A stretch of 64,000 nucleotides of DNA, from positions 49,290,001-49,354,000 of the forward strand of contig OZ260666.1 in the NCBI GenBank assembly GCA_965285935.1, in the 5' to 3' direction. A program made the translations under genes and the position numbers. Below the pieces are notes generated by a model that saw only the letters and a list, made by a program, of their open reading frames with translations, did no database searches and had not been told where the DNA came from. Of this stretch, positions 27,560 to 42,100 are shown piece after piece (position 1 is the first letter of the stretch; every line of letters starts with the position of its first letter). This DNA is from Ophelia neglecta (Eukaryota).

Positions 27560-28810
27560 TAATATCAACACCAACAAAGCACCAGGACCAGATGACATCT
27601 CTTGCAAAATCCTCAAGGAACATACACAAAAAAATGCTTCAGTGCTTTTCTCACTTATCCAGCAGTCGCTTGAAACAGGAAATATTCCTGGTAACTGGCA
27701 ATAGGTGTATCTCTCCTGTATTAATCGATTAGCGGAGAACTACAGACCAGTCAAGTTAAAATGTGTCTACTGTAAACTTTGAGAGCATACCATCGTTAAG
27801 CACATCCTCGTCTATCGGGAAAATCACAACAATGTCACTGAAGTCCAGCACGGCTTTAGATCTTATTACTCCTACGAAACCCAGTTCGTATTTAGCATCC
27901 ATGCTCTGGCTCGCTGTGGGGACACCAAACCTCAGGCGGATGTTGCAGGGCTGACGGCCGGACTTCTCTTAAGCCTTTGGCCTCGTATCTCACACTAGGC
28001 TGATAAGATCCGGCAGAAACTGGAAAAGTAGGGAGTGTAAGGCGCAATCCTGGTGTGGATCTCTGCATTCATAAAACAGACACATCAGAGTGTCGTAGTC
28101 GACGAATCAAGCTTACCTTGGGTCGAGATTGAGTCTGGTCGCTCAAGGAACCGTACTCCCCCCTCCCCATCCCCCTCCCCCCTCGTCTCTAACAGCGAGC
28201 TACCGGTGTACGTTCTCGTGACATCCCAGGTCAAGCGGTTTTACCATGACTGCCTATAATACTAGCTAACTACCTATTATACAAGAAAACCTTATTTATT
28301 TTAAAGAAAAAATTTGGATCGCTGGAGAAGTGGGATGAGGCATGGGGCATGCGATTTTACTCCTCAAAATGCAATACTATAAGCCTTCACAGGTCCAATA
28401 CCCTTCTGATCAAATTTGATGCACTCTGGATAGGTAGACAAAGCAAGATACCTGAGATTGTATATCAGCGAGAAGCTGGACTGGAATCCACACACACAAC
28501 AAACGGCGTCCAAAGCTTCAAAAGTCCTCGGTTTTACAAGAGGAATTTACGAATGTGTTTCCGACAGCTGAAGAAACAAGCATACATTAATCTGGATAGG
28601 TCAAACCTCGATTATCTCCTTGGACCCACCCAGGACCAAGGACATTAACATGCTAGAACAAGTTGTAGGAGAGAAGAAAAAATATCTACACCTCATAAGC
28701 AACAGCATTAGCTATAAATATTCAATTTTTCCTAGAACAATTGTGGAGTCAACTACCAGCCAATGTGTTCCATGGACCATCTTCTGTTTCTTTCAAAGAT
28801 AGGGTGAAGG
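27560..28810 (+). mobile_element. Decayed CR1-clade LINE ORF2 (RT) remnant
   Basis: Motifs in colinear order with many stops and frameshifts: KAPGPDDI..KILKE, ENYRPV, QHGFR...ETQ, DFS*AF, WISAF...QSVVVD, WGMRF..SKC, ASKVLGF, YKYSIFPRTI. Confidence 0.85.
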
Positions 28811-31800
28811 CTTCTCGTCTAGACTAATTTGTTCATGCGCATATTCGTGCTATACTACACTTGGTTGCCTCGGTTTATTTATTAGAATCAGAATCAGAAG
28901 GCATGTTTGACGGGGGTGATGGAAATTTTCACACGTGTGATCGGAAAGAGTCTACAGGCATTCGTGAGTTTTAATTGGCACAGGAGAAAAAAATACAAGC
29001 TCCATGGAACACGCAAGCCTCTTTGGCTCCTCGAAATTGTCAACAACAGCCAGCCCTTGAAATCAACATGCTGGTGATCAGCATACAAGTGTTCACTAAT
29101 GAAGCCTAAACGACCTCAAGTCTTGTCGTAATTGATTGTGCTTGCGTATTTTCCTTTCCATTGACATTGATTTCTGTCTCACGTTTTCCTTACAGCTAAT
29201 CTATTGCTTTCTTGTCACACAAGGAGCAAATCTTAATTGACAAAAAAGACAGGAGCGTAAATATTTTACTGAGTACTATTTTGATACATAAATTGAGTCT
29301 ATGCATCTTTTTTTCCTCCCACTCACTAACTGAAACGCTGACAATATCTTTTCTGTGTGTGTATAAATGTACCAACTCGCACTATATTACTTCGCACATT
29401 ACTCTAAAACAGATTAGTGTTTTGACACACGGAAAATGAAATAATGCAGCCTATATTTGATTGGCTCAGAAAATTTGTTTTTCCTTGTTTATGTAGATGT
29501 CTAATTCGAATATTAAAACACTTGAATACATATCAATAGAAAAGACAATATATGGATACAATCACACGATATCTGATAGTGTCATTGGATATACATATAC
29601 TTGACTCACGCTCTTTGTTTTCACAGGTATGTTCACTTAAAAGTGGTTAGGGCTTGCGTCTTAGCCAATCTCCCTGTCTGATATCGCCACATGTTTTAAT
29701 CTATACAACACCTTTAAGCCAAAAAAGGTGGATGACCATCGGCGACCTGGCTTCGTCTGGCATACTGACACGTCCATTTGTGCACTAAGTGAAAGTAATC
29801 GAAGGCCATCGTGATTTTCACAGTAGATAATCGGTGAATGAGTTATTTTTCATATCATGACTCTCAGTTTAGTCTACAGTTGTCATAATTAACACACTTA
29901 GTGTCTGCAGGCTGTACATTTAGTTGGCTTATCAATAAATAAAAAGCATTTCGTCATTTCATAACAGATTGAATTAAAAGGGGGGAAAGAAACTCGGTTA
30001 TGGTCAGGCTATTCCTACAACACCATTATAGTAGCGAATCGTATATATGGTTGTTTAAAATATGTATTACTGTGCATAATTAATATTAATATCAAATTAT
30101 TTTGTGCACGTTTAAGTAACGACGGAATGCAGCATGCAGCATGCATACTGGTATTCCGGAGCCGCAATAACAATTCAAACCTAACATCTAACTTGTACCA
30201 AAGCTCACACTACTCATGTTAGACAAATCAGAGCAGGGCTGACTTCACGTCTACTACTAGGCCTGAGTAGTTGAGGAGTTGCGTAATGGAAAAAGTGACC
30301 CCTGCAATAAGTTTGTCAGCTGTCGGGAAAGACTAGCACTTCTTCAGGGCATCATCGCAGAAATATATGAAGACAAGCATGATCTACAATAAAAGTGTGT
30401 TGTGAATGAGCAACCAGGCAAAAAATAAGTACATTCGGTAGATTCAACTCCACTTATTATTATTTGCAATTGTGGAAGAAGAAGACCCTGTCAACCATCT
30501 TTACAGAAGCTATAAGAAAGCGTTGAATTCACATAATTATTGATATTTGACTTAATTGAGCCAAATTCAAATTTCGTTTGGTAAAGCTATACTGCATTGC
30601 CTCCTGGTTGCTAAAAAGTACGAGGTAGTAGTGACAAATATACTGAACTGCCATCCAGTAGGATTTCGCAGGCACGAAATCTATCTGTGACCTTGGATGG
30701 ATGTTAACCATTTTCAACGTCAGATCGCCATTTAAGGATTTTCCATATTTTTGGTTTCATATGTTTTAAATGCAGACACGTCTAGTTGTATCACTGGCTG
30801 CAACTAGTCGCATTAAGCGCTAATAGAAAAATAATTCAAGTAATATATTGGTGACCACGAGTATGACCTTGACTTCTTTTTTATAGCGTTAAGTTGACAA
30901 AACTGAATTTCTAATTAGTTGTGGTGACCTAACGGTACCGGCATGGAAATGTAAAATGTATTAACCACAACTTCGAAGCCCTATGCTATGAATCTTCTGG
31001 TTACCATGAATTTGATCTTTACCTACTTCCCTTTAACAAATCGACATATAATAATGGATATACAGAATGTTATAGTGTATTCTGGTAGGTAAAATATTGA
31101 TCTTCAGCTTAAACTTAGCTTCTTTGACGGCTTCACAATGTCTTTCATAGTTTAAGGTTTAAAAGTTTTAAAATATTTTAACCCGCTAAATCTCAAGAAA
31201 CCTAGACCTGACCCCGCTGCTCTGCGGTCTGTAAGTAAGAACCTTTGACTATGGCCTCAGTCTATTCTAAACCTCGTGTTCTAATACTGCAAAGGGAACC
31301 CTAGTCTTTACAATATGCAGGGGCCGCTCTCTCCCCTCAAACGACAAACCCCACTCACACTTTGCTACAACTTCCGCCCCCTCCCTCCCAACCCATCCCC
31401 ACCCAATTTCTGGAAATAGCCTGTATCTCATTACAATGCTTATAATTATACATAGTCATGTCCTTTACCTTTAGCATCACATAGACATGTTATAGTTTAG
31501 TTTTCCCATAATGAGCATGACAAGTTGAAGTGTTATTTAGTCGCTTAGTTTACTAAACGTCTTTGTGTGGTCTTTTCAAGATATAACTTTTTCTCTTACG
31601 TTCCGTTTCAATCAGTTGCAGCTCTGCATATTTATTCTGTTTATCAAATTTCACTAAAAGTGTCACATTCATTAGATACAGAAATAAGAATGCTAAGAGT
31701 GGGACTTGTATACACTACCCCTGAACAAAATTTACATCTAGTTTACTGGTGAATACTTGTATAAGGCTAATAATTGCAAATGTTATCGAGTGTTGCCACA

Positions 31801-32075
31801 AACAATTTTCTAAACACTAAGTACATCAGTATAAGACTAGACAAAAGCAAAACTTGTGTGTTCCGGTAGGTAAAACTCTCGCTTTAACCAAGACAGTAAG
31901 ATTTCAGGATGTGCTTATCTGGAATAAAATATTGCATAAAGTTGAAACTGATAGTACATTTGAAAACTGATAAGTATGTCCCAAGAGGATATTTGTCATC
32001 AGTTGATGTGGTACAATACCATTAGTTCACCTACCGTAACATGTATTACCTTCACATTCATATGGTCATTTTTCT

Positions 32076-32099
32076 TATATATATATATATCTATACATA

Positions 32100-32132
<33 letters not shown>
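32076..32132. repeat. (TA)n microsatellite, interrupted
   Basis: Visible TA runs; a second run lies at 32427-32450. Confidence 0.9.
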
Positions 32133-35100
32133 GGCCTATTTGTCATTAAAATTGTCATTTTCATATTTCCATCTAATTTCAACTGTCACCAACCAATTAT
32201 ATAAGTGTGAGTTTTTGACGTGACACACGGTCTGTAAGCACCCAGTCCTTTCTTTTTTGTCATAAGACGGTCACGTGTGTTTTAATTTGGTCATGTATAT
32301 ATAACATGAGAACATAACCCATTTGGAAAAAATATATATAAAAATGTCTATAAATGTCGCAGGTTGGATAGGGATGGGGGTCGCGGTATTATTTTCCCCG
32401 TCCGTTATTCTTACTTTTACGCCTGCATATATATATATATATATATATATCCCGAAACATGGACTGACCTATTACAGTGTATTTTTAAGATGTTGGGTTT
32501 TAGAATATGACTGTAACCTACCCTCCTTACTTATTACCACCATACGTCTAAGTATACCTTACACTCGCGGCTCGTATTTTTCATGTATTTGTCAGAGCAG
32601 AGGCTTTGAGTACAGCATTCGTCTGCTGTCACGCATATATATATTTACAAGCTGCTAATAGGCAGCAACAAATGTCGCTGGGGGATCTATTAGAGTTTTT
32701 TCTGCGTTTTGTATATGTCATTCCGTGGTTTGGTTTCTTGTTGAAGAGAGTCGGGCACTAAACATGACAGCAATCAAGGCACTACGGTAGCTGTTGTCAT
32801 CCGCTTTAAGCGGGTGATTAGAAGTCAATCTGGAGAGTGTTCTCCATAAAAGCCGTACTGATTAAATTTCCAATACCCTGTATACCATGTCATGTGACAC
32901 CCTCAGAGCCAATGTCATTGTGGGGTCACAAGTAGCGATTAATTTCAGTTAACAAACAAAGAACGATTATTCCACTAGTCTTTCACTACAGCATGCTCAA
33001 CATGAATGGCACGTGGTAACCGGATATGACGGACTGAAAATTGTTGCTTACTCAGAAAACGTCTCGCTGTTGGAAGTTTGAGGCGAGCACAGATATCTCC
33101 GGGCATCCAACGTATCTACTGTTTAAACAGAATAACCAACTACACCGGCGTTAGGATTAGCTTTGATATTGAATTAAGATCGGTATTCGAACCACGCTGG
33201 GCTGTTTATAGATGTCGAGGGTTAGAGAGTCTGTGCCTCAGCTTGGAGGACTAGGCCCACTCTGACATGTCGCTCCCGGCCCTAGTTCACATTCTCCTGA
33301 TTCCTTCGTTCGTATCAGCTGTGGTGTCCATCTTCTCTGATGTGTAAATTGCGGTGAAGACAAATGGTGGCCAATCTATTACCACCTTTCTTAAGTTCTG
33401 ATTCAAATCAAGAGCCGCGAGTGGAAAGACGGAAAAGAAACTTGCAATAAGCAATAACTCAGTGAAAACAGTAAATACGAATTTAAGGCCCTCGTTGAAT
33501 TTTATAGCAAAATTTGGGTAGTTTACAAACGCATCACCTTCATATGTATATAGTATATTGATATATGTAGAGGCTCATGTCCTCCCGTGTTTTGCTTTGA
33601 TTATAGGCTAATGTAAAAATTACTCACTACTTTATATGATATATTTCCACTCGACTATGCATTATATAAAGCCATGAATTCGTTCATGACTGCCATTTGT
33701 AAGCTTTCCTATACTGTATTTCGTCAGGCGTCATACATTTGTCCAAAAACATGTAGCTAACGGGGTCACGAGATTTAATAGTGACCGTGTCAGGTGATTC
33801 GCTATTTATATGCCCTCACGGCAGGCATGCAACCTCCGAGAGACCCTTAAAACAATATGGAAGATAAGCGGCATTGGAGATTTTAGTAGGTCAATGCACG
33901 ATTCCGGTATAAAACTGCCAAGAATGATTCCGCCGACGATCATTTTGGGTGCGGTTACTTTGGCGCCATACTGGGGCAGCCGAACAGAATCTGTCCTTTG
34001 TAATCGAATAAACGAAATTAACTAGTCTGGTAATTAGGTTTTATTTAGGTACTATAACCTTTACTGATACTTAAGAGAGGATTCTGTCAAAAGACAATGT
34101 GCGTCCTGCTCATAACAAGGTAGATTTGACCTGATGAAAAAAACAATACGAGTAATATATTGTTACGGGAAGTGCGTCGACCAGTCCATCAAGTTCATTG
34201 ATACGCCTAATTCAATTTTGAATATGAACGGTAACAATCACAACTGAAAGGTTAATACAGAGAATAAAGCAATATTTTAAACTATACATGTAGCCGGAAA
34301 CGATTTTATAATTTACATGCCGGGTAGGGTAATATTATAATGAGAAAAAGGTTTATGGATTAATGCTCCAGCAGGGTTCTTTCGCCACCGCGAGACTTAA
34401 ATGTAGTAAATAATGGGCGATTAAAATGAAAAAGTGTGTTTCCTATCACATTTATGTGACATATGAAACGATTTTTTCAACGACGTGTCACGTTACAAAT
34501 ATAAGATGTGCACGTGTTTGGTTTATGTAAAAATTCTCAAAATCCCTTGACGCAAATGGACTGTAGGCCTATAGCTAAATTGTTTTTCTCGCGCACTCAT
34601 ATTACAACATCATTAGAGTTGCTATATCATTATTTCTGTTGAAGGCGAGATAATAAGATTATTCTACATTCATTAAAGACGACGTCAGACTTTAAAGTAA
34701 CAGAGGAAACTAAGAAGAGCTGATCCGGTTTATCTTACACCTGGCAAAATTCATTGGCAGGTTGTTCTTCCTCCATATATTTTCCATGGTAGATTTTTAT
34801 AGAAAAGGGTAATATCCAAAATGCCATGAGGTGAACGGAAGGGGGAATGTCGGTTGTCAGGTACCACCTTCCTCGGCGCACGGACGCCGTGGATCAGTGA
34901 TATTGAATTTCCTATGAACCTATTTATTAATTTGCCATAAAGTCATGTGCCTAATCTGATGACATACACAGGCCAGGGCTTTCCGACGAGGAAGATTTTT
35001 CAGGTTTCATCATCCTAGATTGCCAACTTATAACAAGGTTATAAATGTACCTTTCAGGTGGGCGTCCATGGGTAGTAAATACGATCTACTAGGTAGCGAT

Positions 35101-36019
35101 TCTCTTAATTAAGACATTTAGCCCTAATCACTCTACTTCAAAGCCCTGAAACACTTCAGGAGATCATGTATACCAAAAAAATAGTGTGAAGTGAATGTTG
35201 ATTAGATTAATATATGCAAAACACGAAGCCTATATCAACTATATCAGCGTCATCATTGGCTGGGCCTACATCATGCTTAAAAAGGCAAATACTATCTTGA
35301 TTCCATCCATGTATCGTGGTTCAAAGCAAGAAGGCTGCAAGGGGAACCCCTCGAGGGTACTCAACGTATTTTTGTTATGAATATCTGTTCTGCAGACATT
35401 TTCATCTGGCTGGCAAAATAACCTCACAAGAACCGATCAGCATATATGTGGTGCACACCTTTGTACTGACCCAGTGTTACTCTATAATGTACGGTGTGCG
35501 CAGCTCGGGAGCAGCAAATTATGCTGCTGGCTGCTCTTACATCTGCCATCTGGCTGGCATATAAGAAAAGATATTTTGTTTACCAAAGTTGATTAAAAAC
35601 TCGTACATTGTACTTTTCTATTTATTTTTGACCCAACTGACCTCGGCGATGGTTGTAGGGCCGTCACCCCTGCTTGGATGACAATAGTTGCGTTTTTCAG
35701 GCGATCTATTGAGACTATATCATCTTCGTTCTGAACCACGACATATGTATTCTATCCATGACCCGCTGGCCGGTATAGTCAGTCAATCAGCGACAACAAT
35801 ATCCCATGATAGGTCTCCGCAGTTCACTCTTCTCTTCAGATATGATAATAAAAAGATGAAGCAACTTTACTAAAATGCCTGTTTTAATTGCTTTTCAATG
35901 TTACTTGAAGTTAATATGATAGAATTTGCCATTTTAGGCCTACTTCCATAGTATTTTACAGAATAGTCGAAACAAACAGCAGTCCACTAGTTACTTTCCA
36001 GTTCCTTGAGACACCCATG

Positions 36020-36115
36020 TAAGCCTCTCGCGAGCTGCCCGCTGCTCGCAGACGGCCCCGCGACTCGCGTTTCACGTTGCGCCGGGGGCAGGCGGGCAGG
36101 CGCGGGAAACTTCAC
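36020..36115 (+). promoter_or_regulatory. CpG/GC-rich putative promoter of the secreted FN3 gene
   Basis: Local GC-rich, CpG-dense patch (cgcgagctgcccgctgctcgcagacggccccgcgactcgcg...gggcaggcgggcaggcgcggg) 60-150 bp upstream of the signal-peptide ATG, in an AT-rich background. Confidence 0.45.
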
Positions 36116-36172
36116 ATAACAAACACACGCCGTCTGTGTACACACCCCAAACAACATCATATACGGATTACA

Positions 36173-39100
36173 ATGACTGGAGTACGCGTATTTGTTATTT
36201 TCTTGATCGTATTGGGTTTGTCATCAAGCCATGCACAAGAAGAAGGATCTGATATCGATAAACCCGCAAAAGGTACGTTGGCGCAACTTTCCCTGCTCGA
36301 TGGCAAAGGCATTAGTACCCCCTTTAAACAAAATTCATACATGTCCATTTATTTTCATTTATGAACTGTGTATCCGAACCATTGGTTTGGCAATTAAATA
36401 ATAATTGTATCCATGTGAGTAGACATAATATAGCTTACTGAGCCTCGACAGCAGATGTTCTGTATTATTTGTTTTGGTTTTGGATGGTCTGAGCATCAGA
36501 TCAGTGGAGGTCTGATCAAGGTGACGGAGGTTTAAACGCGAATATCTGGTTTGAATTGCCGCAACCTCAGGTCAGGATAGTCTTACAAGACTTAACCATT
36601 AGCTCATCTCCAATTCCCGTGTGCTCTGTTCATCTGGCGAACACGAGGAAAAATGACCGCAGCGCTTACCGTCTTTGCCCCTCAACTCGACTACTCCGGG
36701 GTCAATGATCAATGCTCATCTTCAGCGCACATTTCGACTTATCAGATCACTTTCAAGACTTGTATTAAATATCACACACATTTAAAAAGAATTTAAAGTA
36801 ATCGATTCGGCATAACGCACCGTGGCCCTACGGAACTATATATCACATTAAATCCCTATGCTACTAAAATTAAGATGCCATCTTATTAAACGAATAGGTT
36901 TGGCCCGTAGAATACATGTGATTTATTTATTTATCCTATGCATCTGTTATATCTGTTATTTGGGCGGAGAGAGTTGAATCCTATTTAGCCAAGGATACCA
37001 GTATTTTAACCGATGACAAACAACCAACTCCCATGACACTCCCTGCTTTATAAACTGAAGTGCTAAGGACCCTTTGAAAATTAAATAGATAGATTTTGAT
37101 AGGTAGCCTCGCATCAAGTGCATGTCTCGTCCACAGTTTATATCACACCAATTTGTCTAGTTAACTCGGTGATAAATGAACGCCCTTGATCAGCTCGCCG
37201 CCCAGTTAATGATCTAGATTCTTTATATTCCTTCGGCTTGCTTTTGCTTAATAATGAACAGACACTAGACGAGAACCAGACTGCGTTTGTCGCATGCATA
37301 CTACACCGAATGTCCTGCAAAACCTGCTATCGATATACGCAGATTACAAATCTTTGTATTTCTTCATCTTTCTGATAAAAGATTTAAAACATTAAATATT
37401 TGCATTTCATAGACACACATTTGATCCCCGTCATTGATTCTCTGCACCTTTGGCCGATTATGGAAAGATACATTTTTCTCTTTGTCAATATTTGCGTAAT
37501 ACTTAAGCGTATTTTTTCAAGAACAACACATTCTTTGCATCTCTTGTGAAGCGCTTAGATTACAAAACCCGAAAGCAAGCATTTTACTGTGACATCTTGG
37601 TGCAATACATGTTATTCGTGGGTAAAATGACACCCTCTCGGCCTATAGTATACATGTAAAACACTGTATACGTATTTTTGTAAGCCGAATTCCTTGTGTG
37701 ACTGTCTGAAGAGTACATTCGAGTTGTTTTAAATTTGGTTCAGAACATATTTCTTTGTGCATAAATCAACAACGGTTTTTTCTCTGCAATTCTTTGTCTG
37801 TGATATTTTTGGCAGTATCACCATAGAGCAATGAACAAGTTCGATCTTTCTACCCGAGATAGGCACGGTTTCTTAGTTTGAGTTTGGGAACTAAATGTAC
37901 CTTTGTCAATATGCAAGTCGGTGTTTCCTTTGAACTTAATTTTCCACTAGCACCTTTGCATTTGCTTTTGGCGACAATCGTTAATTTCTCATTAAATTGC
38001 AAATTACCACTATGGCTAATGACCTGTGACACCGTGTCCGGTGTCACACACTAGCGGATCTAGGTATTTTCGACAGGGATGGGGGGAGGGGGGGGGGGCA
38101 CGAGGGGGGGTCCGCCATAATGTCGGGCGGATGCCTCTTCTGAAAAGAGGTAAACCCCCAGAGCTCTCTGGAAAATGAAAACTATCTCACGCAATGCCCC
38201 CTCCCAACCCCGAGATCCGCCCTCCAGTGCTTCACAGGTAGGCCTACAGGTAAGGGGCGTTCTCACTAGTCGAATTACTTTTCGAAGGTAACTTCATGCT
38301 ATTGCCCTGGTGGGGAGAAGTTCGCAGCGAGTTGGATGTTAATAGTTTAATAGTATCAGAAAGTAACAAGATACATATGAGCTTATAAGAAATGTCATTC
38401 TTGCCACATTAATGTCAGTTCTCATCTTGGGTGTGAGCGATAAATGACGACCAGATGTGATCTTACTGCTTGTTGGTATTTGTAAAACTACTAATAGCGC
38501 CACCGTGTGCCTTGAAACCAATCCGGACAATTAATCAAAAACTCAATTTGTCAGTCTCAATCTTGATTTTTTATTGTTGACCTTTGAATTTGAGCAGTAT
38601 CAAGATGGTCCTATACTGTAGTTAAGGGTTAAATTTTGATAATTAACGTTAACAAAATCGGTTCACCCTTTTAAAAGAAAATTGGCATACTGGCCTACTA
38701 GATTTCTCTGGTATTTATCAAAATTATAAATGCGAGTATTGCCACGAATATACTTTCTACGAGTTAGCAAGACGATATAGACAAATATGGACATGCTTGG
38801 CCTAGAATGTCTTATGAAATATACAAAGTTCACTCCTTAATTACAAAATAATCTAACTAATCTCGTCTGTACATGTATAATTAAGGAAGGGAATTATCCT
38901 GATATACCCGTGTGCGCCTCATGTAACAATTTTCAAAACAATACTGCCGTTTATCAAATCCGTCTAGTTTCCATTATCCCCGCTTAGAGTGTCTCCGGGT
39001 TTGATAATATACCTGAGATTGTGTTTACCTGTGAGACAATGAAAGATGAGCTAATCCTAGTCTACTTATACCCTGATAACTGTGTCAGTTCCGAGCCGAT

Positions 39101-42100
39101 TATTAGTCTGGTGTATACATAGGCTATCTGACTGATAATCACACGTCTTCTTGGAGATTCCACACAGGTGATGGTATGCCTGTCTTGTCAATTTTTCGCA
39201 TAGTCTTTGGCTATCCTAAGCATGTGAAGCCATGTACAATATTGACCGGGAATGATGATGAGGTTGTAAGTGTGCTCACAAATTAGCAACTTCCCTCTTC
39301 GGGTCAGTTAGAACGAAGAGGAGATCTTTCACTTCCCGATTTTCGTGGCTCCGACTTGACTGGGAGCAGACGATCGTGGGTATGCTGAGATATAACATGT
39401 TTTGTCCATCAGCCTCCATGCATTAGCCCGTAGGCCTTACGCCACATATATCTCCGACGGGCTTAGAAATGACGGACAAAATCCCACTGGGCAACATATT
39501 TCAATTTATCTATCATTAGTAATGTATTTATCGGCCGAAAAGAATTTATTTATCCGATTAGAAACGTGCCTCAATAATTTTATCTGGATACATGCAAGAG
39601 AGGATATCAAAGTATTCGACTTTGTTCGTTTTCAGTCAATGTTCATTTACTGCCGAGCTCTATTCTGTGTGGACGTACATGGTCTATGCATAATACATAT
39701 GCTTGCTCAGTTTTTAGGTGTTTTAGAACTGAGAGATTATGACAGGGAAAATAGAAAAACTTCCTGTCTGCGAGATTACGCCAAATAATAAAGACTTATA
39801 TAACACAAAGAGACAACTAAAATGGAAAACTCTGTGTTAAGTGCCTGCTTTAAAAATACCCTTATTCTACGACGGGTGACAAGACTCAACAGGCTGTTTG
39901 TTATGTCATGATAAACGGAATCCTCTGTCTTTGTCTGGTAATCCCTTGGCTGACGCCACGGCCGCGGATTACACCCCAGAAATTCTCTTCGATAGCTCTG
40001 ATTCTGTTGGCGTTGTCTCCAATGGCAAAGAGTCTACCCAAAGCATTAAATATTATCAATAAAATGTGCTGAACATTAAAATAACATACGGACATATAAT
40101 ACATATTATATGCACATGATCCCATTTATAACCAAGTTATAAACTTCCAGTTTTTATTATCTAAAACGCAAGTTGATGGATGAAGACGGAGAGCAGACCT
40201 AATGACACCATTGTGTGCAAAAACAATATAGCAATTGGCAATTGAGTAATACTTAAAGGAAATATAAGATGACTTATGACACTATATATGGAACAAGACC
40301 AATGGCTCCCATACCAAAGGATACATAATTATCACCATGACATGTTTCGAAATGAGGTATGCCAAGAGTGGCAAGAATCATAAACAGACACTTCAAAGCA
40401 ATTAGCGGCGGGCAGGTATCAAATATTCACATTAAGAATATGTACTCCGAACTGTGTGTCACTTAGCCTTCGGCAATTATAGAAAACAAACAGCATTCTT
40501 TGATTTGCTGCGCATTTTATTCCGCTAGCTAGCGCTACTGATATATTCTCGTTCACATAATTCTCTTAATGGCCATTTATGCGACATAAAACCAAGTTTT
40601 ATGACAAAAGCTTTCTTTAAGACTTTTTTTTTAGACAAATCTCATTGGCAGTGTCTTAGAGAAACGCACCATTATATGAGAACAGAAACGCTCATCAGAT
40701 AGCATCAACCATCTTATCAGCTTATTGGCCTACTGGCCTAAGCCATCGCATCTTCTCTGAATTCATTAAGGCCTTCTGGGAGGTTCCAGGAGTCTTTTAT
40801 AGACAGTCTAAATGAGCCCGCATGAGAAATTGTATGGTTTGAAAATCAATGGTTTTCTTGGTAAAATATAATTTTGCTATATGTTTTAATAGTATAGGCC
40901 TTTTAGTTTTTTGTTTCAAATGTATCTCTGTGTTAAACTTTTTCGAGCTGCCGGGTTTATTCAAATGTATGATTAATTACTCAATCAGTATAATAAACAG
41001 ATACCAAACCTAAGTTAACACTTGCTCACGTCTAAAATGTGATTTAACCCGTACACGAAGCACTGAAATAAGGCTATTGAACTCGTCCTTTTCAATGCTG
41101 ACCCCCAAACTGTGAATAGCGCCTGTCTGTAATAACAAACAGAAAACAGTTACATACATCGCTTTTTTGAATTCAGTAACCGTCTCTAACAACAGACATT
41201 ATATCCAGTACATCTATTAGATTAACAATAATATATTAGACAGTGGACATCGACACGGGTGTGCCAGTGTACTCTTTATTGTAAAAATACCCAATAAAAC
41301 GTTCATTTAATTTCATGTTTAATTCCCATCTTGACAATAAATGCTATAGGCAAGCGTGTTTTCTTGATCATCCTATGTATAATGTTTATTTTATTCTATC
41401 CCACCTATATCTGATTATCATAGGATGTCTTTTGTGTGACATTGCTCTTGCGAAAATGTGGACAGTATATTAATTACAATTTGTATGTATATGTGTAATG
41501 TAAAGTTATCCTCGAGTTAGTGTTTGAGTGATACGTAAATCTACGACAGTCGGGACTAAAGATGAATCTTTATATTGTAAATAATGGAAACTTGGCCATG
41601 AAAGAAAAACATGTTTAAGACATAATACGAATATGATTTTATTGGTATATTCAGCTAAGAATACAGTAATTAACAACAGGGTAGCAACCAGAAGCTCCTA
41701 GATGGCATTTATACTAATTAACAGCATTTGCCCGTATACGTATTGCTGTCTATCTTAATTAAAAAAGATGAAAGACTATGAAAAGAGATTTGGTTTTCAA
41801 CAAAGACGAGAAAGACAAGCAGAAGACGATAGCTTTAGTAAGGTGGTTTTCCTGCTCACAAGATATCACGTCCATTTTCAAACAGGGTCGTTCTCAGTTC
41901 TGTCAGGATCAATTTACCAGGGCCATTGGTCGGCAGCCGACAGACTCCAAAGACCACAAGTTATTTCACGACTCGCTGGCTGGCCTTGATGGCCGTTGTG
42001 AAAAGTTACGACTTTTCCAAGGCCAGGCTCGGACGGCTGACATCTACAGAGCACTGGTCATCATTCCGGTGGCTCTCGTCTGATGTTCGTATGCACGAAC

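Noticed and set aside
37720-38040. Possible RT remnant on the minus strand, and a similar weak one near 23500-23600
   Set aside because: The motifs are too degenerate to support without a profile search.
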